From contig JAYZAL010000012.1 in the NCBI GenBank assembly GCA_036339735.1, positions 1-15,091 on the forward strand: 15,091 bases of DNA, written 5' to 3'. Every line of letters starts with the position of its first letter. Position 1 is the stretch's first letter. A program made the position numbers and the translations under genes. Positions 8,583 through 15,091 of this stretch are shown here, one piece after another. The notes beneath the pieces are model-generated. The model ran no database searches. It saw only the letters and a list, made by a program, of their open reading frames with translations, and was not told the origin of the DNA. This DNA comes from Candidatus Poribacteria bacterium (GTDB lineage Bacteria; Poribacteria; WGA-4E; UBA9662).

Positions 8583-10811
8583 ATGATTTTATTATTAACA
8601 CTTTTTCTGATTCTAGTCTATTGGCCACATCCTTCACTAGAACCAGATGTTATTCCATCAACGATTTCACAAGAAGAAGCTTTTTTCAAACAGATCATTG
8701 CTAACCAGAATCTAGACCGGTCGTTTCCACCTGTCAAAACCCGACCTGATAACCCATTTACAAAGGAAAAAGTTGAACTAGGCCGGCTGCTGTATTTTGA
8801 CCCTATACTGTCAGGCAAAAACGATATTTCTTGTGCTCACTGTCATCATCCAGATCTTGGGTTTTCGGATAATCGCGCTTTGTCAATGGGTATTGGTGGC
8901 TTAGGTGTTGGGCGAGAGCGGAAGAACGGTAGAATCTTGGCTCGATCTTCACCGACTATATGGAACACGACTTACAACCATTTACAATATTGGGACGGTA
9001 GGTCTATAGATCTAGAAGATCAAGCCAAAAACCCGATTCAGCATCCTGACGAAATGGGCCAAGATCCAGACCAATTAGTGGAAGAATTACAAAGCATTCC
9101 AGAGTATGTTCGCCAATTCGCTGCTAATTTCAATGACGGAGTAACTTTCCAAAATGTCACCTATGCTATTGCTAGCTTTGAGCGTAGCCTTGTAACACAT
9201 GAATCACCTTTTGATAAATTTGCTAAAGGTGATTCATCGGCATTAACCCCCTCAGCTCAACGAGGTTTGAACATTTTTCGCTCTATGAAAACTCGTTGCT
9301 TTGAATGCCATAATTTTCCGACCTTTGCCAATCCTGATTTTAAAGTGATTGGCGTGCCCGATTCTCATTTAGAAACACCTGATTTGGGACGAGGTGGAAT
9401 TACAGGTAATTCGAATGACAACTTTGCCTTCAAAGTGCCATCGCTACGAAATATAGCCTTGACAGCTCCTTACATGCACAACGGCAGTCTCGATACACTG
9501 TCAGATGTAATTGACTTTTATGCTAAAGGTGGTGGAAGCAGCAAGGGGCTATCCAACATCGATGACAAAATCCGCCCATTTACCTTGGCAAAACAAGAAA
9601 AGGTAGACTTGATAGCTTTTCTTCACAGTTTAACTGATGAATCAAACAAGCCATCTATTCCCAGTGTTTTACCGTCTGGCCTGCCACCCGTTTCAAGACT
9701 CGAAAATCAATCTGTTGAGTTACAACGAGCCTCAAGATTAATCCCTAAAACACTTTCTTCGGTCAGTAAACATGGTAGCATCATTACAATTCAATCTGGA
9801 CAAAAGATACAAGACGGTATCAATCTTGCGGTGGCAGGAGATACAATCCGTATTATGCCCGGGTTGTACCATGAAACGCTCAGTGTTGATATATCAGGTG
9901 TAGTGATCGAAGGCGTATTAGAAGAAGGAAGTCGCCCAATTTTAGATGGTCTCGGAAAATTAGCTGATGGAATTATAGGTTCAGGAAGTAATATCACCCT
10001 TCGAAATTTGACAATCAGAAACTACACAGCTAACGGGGTCATGATCAATAGGGCCCACAATATAACTTTTGAAAAACTATATTGTCATGATACTGGATTG
10101 TATGGAGTTTATCCTGTTGAGTGCGTTGGTATTCACGTTGATAGCTGCGAAGTTACAGGAGTTAGGGATGCAGGGATATATGTTGGACAATCTAAAGATA
10201 TCGTAGTTGAAGATTGCCGAGTTTATAGTAATGTAACAGGTATTGAAATAGAAAATTCTGTCAACGCAGTAGTACAAAGAAATATAGCCTATGATAATGC
10301 AGGTGGAATTTTAGTTTTTCTCCTACCTAATAATCCGTCCAAATTCTCTCGCAACTGTCGGGTTATAAATAATCAAGTATTTGATAATAACCATGTCAAT
10401 TTTGCTGATCCTAATGCCGCGGTTAGTGGTGTGCCGTCCGGTAGTGGTATTATGATTATGGCTGCGGATGAAGTCGAGGTAGCTTATAACCAAATCACTG
10501 GTAACAACTCCTATGGTGTTGGTCTAATTGCACTTAGTAACCAGCCAAAAGGAAAAAAGCTTGATGTTGATCCTATTGCTTCTGGCTGCTGGATTCACGA
10601 TAACATTCTGGAAAATAATGGTAAACATCCAGATTCCAAACTTCTTGAATTGGGGCTGCCGGGTGCCGATTTGTTGTGGGACGTAACGGGATATGATAAT
10701 AGTTGGCAACAACCAGGAGCAACTTCTATGCCTTGGATTTTGCCTGGTAAATCTTGGCCAGAAATCCTTCGTAGAGCCAATTGGCGATTGTGGAAAACAC
10801 TTTCGAACTGA
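8583..10811 (+). CDS. Fusion: exported di-heme cytochrome c peroxidase/MauG-family domain plus parallel beta-helix (TIGR03805-like) domain
   Basis: Hydrophobic N-terminus, then [16 protein letters not shown] (8832-8846), QYWDGR, CFECH (9297-9311) and [19 protein letters not shown]. The C-terminal half has [25 protein letters not shown] and [10 protein letters not shown] repeats. Confidence 0.9.
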   Translation: MILLLTLFLILVYWPHPSLEPDVIPSTISQEEAFFKQIIANQNLDRSFPPVKTRPDNPFTKEKVELGRLLYFDPILSGKNDISCAHCHHPDLGFSDNRALSMGIGGLGVGRERKNGRILARSSPTIWNTTYNHLQYWDGRSIDLEDQAKNPIQHPDEMGQDPDQLVEELQSIPEYVRQFAANFNDGVTFQNVTYAIASFERSLVTHESPFDKFAKGDSSALTPSAQRGLNIFRSMKTRCFECHNFPTFANPDFKVIGVPDSHLETPDLGRGGITGNSNDNFAFKVPSLRNIALTAPYMHNGSLDTLSDVIDFYAKGGGSSKGLSNIDDKIRPFTLAKQEKVDLIAFLHSLTDESNKPSIPSVLPSGLPPVSRLENQSVELQRASRLIPKTLSSVSKHGSIITIQSGQKIQDGINLAVAGDTIRIMPGLYHETLSVDISGVVIEGVLEEGSRPILDGLGKLADGIIGSGSNITLRNLTIRNYTANGVMINRAHNITFEKLYCHDTGLYGVYPVECVGIHVDSCEVTGVRDAGIYVGQSKDIVVEDCRVYSNVTGIEIENSVNAVVQRNIAYDNAGGILVFLLPNNPSKFSRNCRVINNQVFDNNHVNFADPNAAVSGVPSGSGIMIMAADEVEVAYNQITGNNSYGVGLIALSNQPKGKKLDVDPIASGCWIHDNILENNGKHPDSKLLELGLPGADLLWDVTGYDNSWQQPGATSMPWILPGKSWPEILRRANWRLWKTLSN

Positions 10812-10866
10812 ACAGTTAATAATAAATTAAGGAGAATTAATAACTCTCATACAAAAGAGTAAAACC

Positions 10867-11391
10867 GTGATGTCAGAAATAAAGAGTAGTACGACCCATC
10901 GAGAGATGGCGGCCGAAGCCGTTGAATCAGTTGCTGTTGGCATAGTAACTGTTAGCGACTCTAGAACTCCCGAAACAGATACTAATGCCATTTTTTTGCG
11001 AGGTGAATTGGAGCAAGAAGGTCATAGAATAATGGCTTACCGAATAGTGCCAGATGAACCAAAGCAAATAGAAATTGTTTTGGAGGAAATGATCGAAAGT
11101 TCAGCCCGTATCATAATTTTTAACGGTGGCACAGGCATAACACCTCGGGACCGGACCTTTGATGTTATTGACCGGAAGTTAGAAAAACGGTTGACAGGAT
11201 TTGGTGAAATCTTCCGCATGTTGAGTTATGATCAAGTTGGAGCTGCCGCCATGCTCTCCCGTGCGACTGCTGGTACTTATAAGGGTAAACTCATCATTTC
11301 AACGCCGGGGTCCCCCCAGGCAGTCAAATTAGCCTGGGATAAATTAATTAAACCGGAATTGCAACATTTAGCTTGGGAGATAATTCGGTAA
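10867..11391 (+). CDS. moaB: MoaB/MogA-family molybdenum cofactor biosynthesis protein
   Basis: [43 protein letters not shown] and PGSP. The start is ambiguous (GTG 10867 or ATG 10870). Confidence 0.9.
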   Translation: MMSEIKSSTTHREMAAEAVESVAVGIVTVSDSRTPETDTNAIFLRGELEQEGHRIMAYRIVPDEPKQIEIVLEEMIESSARIIIFNGGTGITPRDRTFDVIDRKLEKRLTGFGEIFRMLSYDQVGAAAMLSRATAGTYKGKLIISTPGSPQAVKLAWDKLIKPELQHLAWEIIR

Positions 11392-11446
11392 ACAAATATT
11401 AGGAAACTAATCGCTAGTGAAAACCAGAGTTGTGGAAACGATTTTA

Positions 11447-12241
11447 CTACACACGCCCTTCGAAAGAGCAGCCAAGGACTTGCTTGAAGGGTGGCATTTT
11501 AGGAGCATCAGTGACCGAATGGTCCTGCCATGAACTGGCTCGCATGTAGTGGACTGCGTAACCCCTCCTCCTCTGATTCGACAAATTAGCTTCACTCATG
11601 TGTAAAGTCAAGCTATGGTGAAAACTGACACTTCCTGGGCGGAGTTCTACCGGTACTATTGGCCAAGGGGCATGGCCAAAGTCAGGAATGAAATTGGCCA
11701 ATTGTTCACCTCGTAACATTCCCCAGCGATGTGTACCTGGAATAAAATGTAAGCATCCATTTTCTATAGATGATTGGTCTATTGCTGTCCAAGCAGTTAC
11801 CAGATCCATAGGAAAAATATCTCGCCATGAGGCTGAATCTTGATGCCATGCTTGGGCACTGCCAGTATCTGGAGCTTTCATAAATAGCTGGTCACCATAC
11901 ATTTTAATGTCTTTCACACCAAGTAGGTCAGTTACCACCGCCACAATTTCAGGGTGCTTAGCGTGCTGCCACATACGGTCATCGTAAACAGCAATATCAT
12001 ACAATTTTCGAACTGACAAAACTTGGTCAACTGTGGTATTTTCGCCAGAACGAAAAACTGGCTCTAGCTGAATGCTAGTTTGGGGAATGTAGGGCAATTT
12101 GCCCGCAGCAATGCTGTCGGCCCTTTGTCCTAGTGTTTTTAATTCTTCTTGGTGTAATAAATCTTCAATGACCAAAAAACCATTTCTTTGAAATTGATCA
12201 ACTTGTTCCGTTGTGAGATAATTTAGGGGAGTAATACTCAT
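11447..12241 (-). CDS. PhyH-family Fe(II)/2-oxoglutarate-dependent dioxygenase
   Basis: FQRNGFLVI, QLFMKAP, WHQD (HxD), WTAID....NGCL.FIPGTH, PGSVSFHH..TLH.S..N....RR. SD AAGGAG lies 7 nt before the ATG at 12241, preferred over the TTG at 12295. Confidence 0.92.
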   Translation of the reverse strand: MSITPLNYLTTEQVDQFQRNGFLVIEDLLHQEELKTLGQRADSIAAGKLPYIPQTSIQLEPVFRSGENTTVDQVLSVRKLYDIAVYDDRMWQHAKHPEIVAVVTDLLGVKDIKMYGDQLFMKAPDTGSAQAWHQDSASWRDIFPMDLVTAWTAIDQSSIENGCLHFIPGTHRWGMLRGEQLANFIPDFGHAPWPIVPVELRPGSVSFHHSLTLHMSEANLSNQRRRGYAVHYMRASSWQDHSVTDAPKMPPFKQVLGCSFEGRV

Positions 12242-12369
12242 TAATCGACTCCTTAAAAAGTCCAAAAATTTTCCATAATTTGCTCCAATAGTCAAGGGAG
12301 TTTAGCAATCAATAATTCTCAGACATTACTATGTGAACTTTTGATTTTTTTGAATGCAGGTGTCCAATT

Positions 12370-13290
12370 TTGACCCGATTAATAAATCTTCAACAACCAA
12401 ATTGCCTAGAAGAAAGAGGTATACAACATCAACAATTGAACGATCCTGATTCATTTCAAGGTGTTCTGGATAAATATTGGCCTTGGCACTACGACCCAAG
12501 CCAAATACCATCAATAAAACGTTTATTGTTAGCTGATCTAAAATGGAAACCCGTTACTCCATTTACAAAAACGACTTCATCAGTAACATCACAACAACTG
12601 ATTTCACCTCTTGGTTTAGCTCTCTCAAATTGTGACACTGACTTGGTTCGTGCATCCTTGGAAATTCTCGACAGCACAGTTGAAATCGTAGCAGGTGATG
12701 TTCTGCTTGGTACGACGGAGTTAGATCCAATACTTGTTGACCACTTTCGAATTGGCAGGTATCCAGTAACCAATGCTCAATACGAACGCTTCGTTGAGGC
12801 TACAGACCATCCACCTCCAGCTGATTGGAGAAACGAGGACCCAGAGCTAGATGGCCGGTTTTTACCCAATTTCGGTGATCACCCTGTATCCCATGTCAGT
12901 TGTACGGACGCAGAAGCTTATGCAGATTGGATTGGAGGGAGATTACCTAGTTTTGAGGAGTGGGAACGGGCAGCACGTGGGGATGATGCTCGGAACTTTC
13001 CATGGGGAAATGAGATTGATAAACCACGTTGTAATACGGCCGAAGCGGGAGTTGGTAATACAACTCCTGTTGGTACTTTTCCCGATGGTATTAGTCCCTT
13101 TGGTTGCTACGATCTACTAGGCAACGTTTGGGAGTGGAGTTCAACATGGTATGACGAAAATCAAACTTTTCGTCTTGTCAGAGGCGGTGCTTGGTATTAC
13201 AATCACGATCATGCTAGCTGTAGTAGCTACGATTTTTTTAGTCATGATTATTCTGAATTTGTGATAGGTTTTCGAGTTGCTTTTGATTAG
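12370..13290 (+). CDS. FGE-sulfatase-fold (SUMF1/EgtB/PvdO-family) protein
   Basis: YPVTNAQY, HPV..VS..DA.AYA.W.G.RLP...EWERAARG, FPWG, YDLLGNVWEW, RGGAW and GFRV, plus an N-terminal extension of about 100 aa that I do not recognise. TTG start with AGGTG upstream. Confidence 0.88.
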   Translation: MTRLINLQQPNCLEERGIQHQQLNDPDSFQGVLDKYWPWHYDPSQIPSIKRLLLADLKWKPVTPFTKTTSSVTSQQLISPLGLALSNCDTDLVRASLEILDSTVEIVAGDVLLGTTELDPILVDHFRIGRYPVTNAQYERFVEATDHPPPADWRNEDPELDGRFLPNFGDHPVSHVSCTDAEAYADWIGGRLPSFEEWERAARGDDARNFPWGNEIDKPRCNTAEAGVGNTTPVGTFPDGISPFGCYDLLGNVWEWSSTWYDENQTFRLVRGGAWYYNHDHASCSSYDFFSHDYSEFVIGFRVAFD

Positions 13291-13313
13291 GTTTTTACTA
13301 AAAAGATAGACAA

Positions 13314-14390
13314 ATGAATATACATATGTTAGATACACCTTCACTTTGGGTTGATTTAAATCAACTCGAAGCGAATATAGCGACTTTGGCGGATTTCTTT
13401 CGTCGCTCAAAAGTAGATTGGCGACCGCATGTTAAAGGAATTAAAATCCCTGCAATTCTTCATAAAGCTCTAGAAGCCGGAGCCATCGGGGGAACTTGTG
13501 CCAAAATCAGTGAAGCTGAAGTGATGGTTAACGGTGGGATATGTGATATTTTAATTGCTAATCAAATTATCGGCCAACGGAAAATTGAGAAACTCGCGCG
13601 ACTATGTCATAAAGCAGACGTGAAGGTGGCCGTTGATCACCCAAATAATGTGAAACAAATGGGAGTCATCGCGACCCAAAATAAAACTGAGATTGGTGTT
13701 CTTATTGAGATAAATACTGGAATGAATCGCGCAGGCATACAACCTGGACAGCCTGCTGTTGATTTAGCTCTATTAGTCAATGAAACACCTGGCCTAAATT
13801 TTCGAGGTCTTATGGCTTGGGAAGGACATGCTGTTAGCATCGAAAACGAATGTAAAAAGCGAGAAACAATCAGTAAATCAGTTAAAGAACTACGTCAAAC
13901 TATAGAAATGGTTAAGGCCGCCAATTTGACTATGAATATTGTTAGTGGCGGAGGAAGTGGAACTTACAACATAATCACATCAATGGCGATACTAACTGAA
14001 GTTCAGGCCGGTGGGGCAATGTTTGGTGATGCTTCTTATTGTCATTGGGGAGCAAAGACACAACCATCGCTTTTTGTTCGAAGTATGGTTACTAGTCGAC
14101 CAGACCCATATCGGATCATTTTTGATGCAGGTTTTAAGGCTTTACCTGCTTGGGCTGGTCAACCTCCGATTGCTATTAATCTACCTGGATTTGATACATT
14201 TCACCCTTCGGCAGAACACGGCACCGTAAAGCTTACTTGCCCGAATTACGATATTCAACCTGGACAGATTTTTAATTTCATTGTTGGCTATGGTGATTCA
14301 ACTGTTTTTCTTCACGATATGTTATATGGCATCCGAGGTGAGAGTATTGAAATGACCTGGCCTATTACGGGCCGAGGTAAAATTCATTAA
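13314..14390 (+). CDS. DSD1/D-threonine aldolase-like fold-type III PLP-dependent enzyme
   Basis: LDTPSL.VD, RPHVK (PLP Lys41), CAKISEAEVM, EINTGMNRAG, WEGH, SGGGSGT, EVQAG, DAGFKAL and SAEHG. Confidence 0.9.
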   Translation: MNIHMLDTPSLWVDLNQLEANIATLADFFRRSKVDWRPHVKGIKIPAILHKALEAGAIGGTCAKISEAEVMVNGGICDILIANQIIGQRKIEKLARLCHKADVKVAVDHPNNVKQMGVIATQNKTEIGVLIEINTGMNRAGIQPGQPAVDLALLVNETPGLNFRGLMAWEGHAVSIENECKKRETISKSVKELRQTIEMVKAANLTMNIVSGGGSGTYNIITSMAILTEVQAGGAMFGDASYCHWGAKTQPSLFVRSMVTSRPDPYRIIFDAGFKALPAWAGQPPIAINLPGFDTFHPSAEHGTVKLTCPNYDIQPGQIFNFIVGYGDSTVFLHDMLYGIRGESIEMTWPITGRGKIH

Positions 14391-14447
14391 TCTTAAGCTT
14401 TTCAAAAAGAATGTCACTAAATAATTAAGGCGTGAAACCTATACTAT

Positions 14448-14467
14448 CACTAGGTTTAAACCTAGTG
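14448..14467. repeat. Perfect 20-bp palindrome CACTAGGTTTAAACCTAGTG
   Basis: The sequence equals its own reverse complement. It lies between the PLP-enzyme stop and the rrn promoter. Confidence 0.9.
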
Positions 14468-14512
14468 CCGATGGATTAATGTGAGAAGGTGTAATAAAAA
14501 CTTCGTTTTCTC

Positions 14513-14550
14513 TTGACACTATATATGTCTAGTGTTATACTTCCCCCCGC
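14513..14550 (+). promoter_or_regulatory. rRNA operon promoter
   Basis: TTGACA (14513-14518), 17-nt spacer, TATACT (14536-14541) with a TG extension at 14533-14534. It has an AT-rich upstream region and a GC-rich discriminator (TCCCCCCGC). Confidence 0.85.
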
Positions 14551-14566
14551 TTCGCAAGGAAGACAT

Positions 14567-14626
14567 TGATCAGCATGTAGTGCTGATCAGGTAGTGTCCA
14601 ATTGCGTTGTAGACTGATCTTTGAAA
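14567..14626 (+). promoter_or_regulatory. rrn leader antitermination elements (boxB-like hairpin and boxA)
   Basis: Hairpin TGATCAGCA-TGTAG-TGCTGATCA (14567-14589) followed by boxA-like TGATCTTTGAAA (14615-14626), in the expected order. Confidence 0.7.
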
Positions 14627-14750
14627 ACTGAATACATATTAAGTGAACGCTATGCGATGTAATGGCCATTTGGTCATTCATCGTCTGATAAGGTAGTATA
14701 CAAAATTCTTGTCAAAACCTGCTCGAGAGAGTAGGCTTGAGAAAACGACT

Positions 14751-15091
14751 CTTTTGGAGAGTATGATACCGGCTCAGGACGAACGCTGGCGGCGTGGATT
14801 AGGCATGCAAGTCGAACGAGAATCTTAACTTCGGTTATGAAGAGAGTGGCGAAAGGGTGAGTAACGCGTAGGTAATTTGCCCTTGAGACAGGAATAACAT
14901 CCCGAAAGGGTTGCTAATACCTGATAACATCTATTAACCCTCGGGTTTTTGGATCAAATGAAGGCTCTGCTTTCGCTCAAGGAGAAACCTGCGTCCTATT
15001 AGCTTGTTGGTAGGGTAATGGCCTACCAAGGCGATGATGGGTAGCTGGTCTGAGAGGATGGTCAGCCACATTGGGACTGAGACACTGCCCA
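14751..15091 (+). rRNA. rrs: 16S rRNA, 5' portion (truncated by window end; 5' end approximate)
   Basis: AGAGTATGATACCGGCTCAG, GAACGCTGGCGGCGTG, CATGCAAGTCGAACG, GGGTGAGTAACGCGT, GCTAATAC, ATTAGCTTGTTGGT, GGTCTGAGAGGATG and GGGACTGAGACAC occur in 16S order. Confidence 0.99.

Noticed and set aside
8583-9650. Calling the di-heme domain mauG, mbnH or ccp
   Set aside because: There are no mau or mbnP neighbours, the apparent ligand is Tyr rather than Met, and the fusion architecture differs, so no gene symbol is justified.
13180-13313. Complete diversity-generating retroelement
   Set aside because: No reverse transcriptase, template repeat or Avd gene is present in the window.
5679-14229. Remaining 60-95 aa ORFs overlapping the main genes
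   Set aside because: They are antisense or alternative frames of well-supported CDSs and have no family motifs.
1-15091. CRISPR array, IS/integrase or tRNA
   Set aside because: No spaced repeats, transposase or recombinase motifs, or cloverleaf sequences were seen.

Overview
Bacterial chromosomal segment, roughly 40% GC by eye, ending in the promoter, leader and 5' end of a 16S rRNA gene. The 16S has three mismatches to the 27F site and a perfect Pla46F site. Together with two PhyH dioxygenases, a Gfo/Idh/MocA oxidoreductase, a ceramidase-like protein, DUF4159 and an FGE-fold protein, this suggests Candidatus Poribacteria or another PVC-like lineage (inference). In order, the window holds: the 3' end of a WG-repeat gene, a Tat-signal DUF4159 pseudogene (much longer than the ORF track shows), PhyH, an XRE regulator, a 616-aa uncharacterised Trp-rich enzyme, a + strand run (class 3 asparaginase, Gfo/Idh/MocA, ceramidase-like hydrolase, di-heme/beta-helix fusion, MoaB/Mog), a second PhyH, an FGE-fold protein, a DSD1-like PLP enzyme and rrn. 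The best candidate for an undescribed system is the 742-aa exported fusion of a MauG-type (His/Tyr) di-heme domain to a TIGR03805-like parallel beta-helix with a Trp-rich tail. No mobile element, CRISPR array or tRNA was seen. All family assignments come from motif recognition, not database searches.
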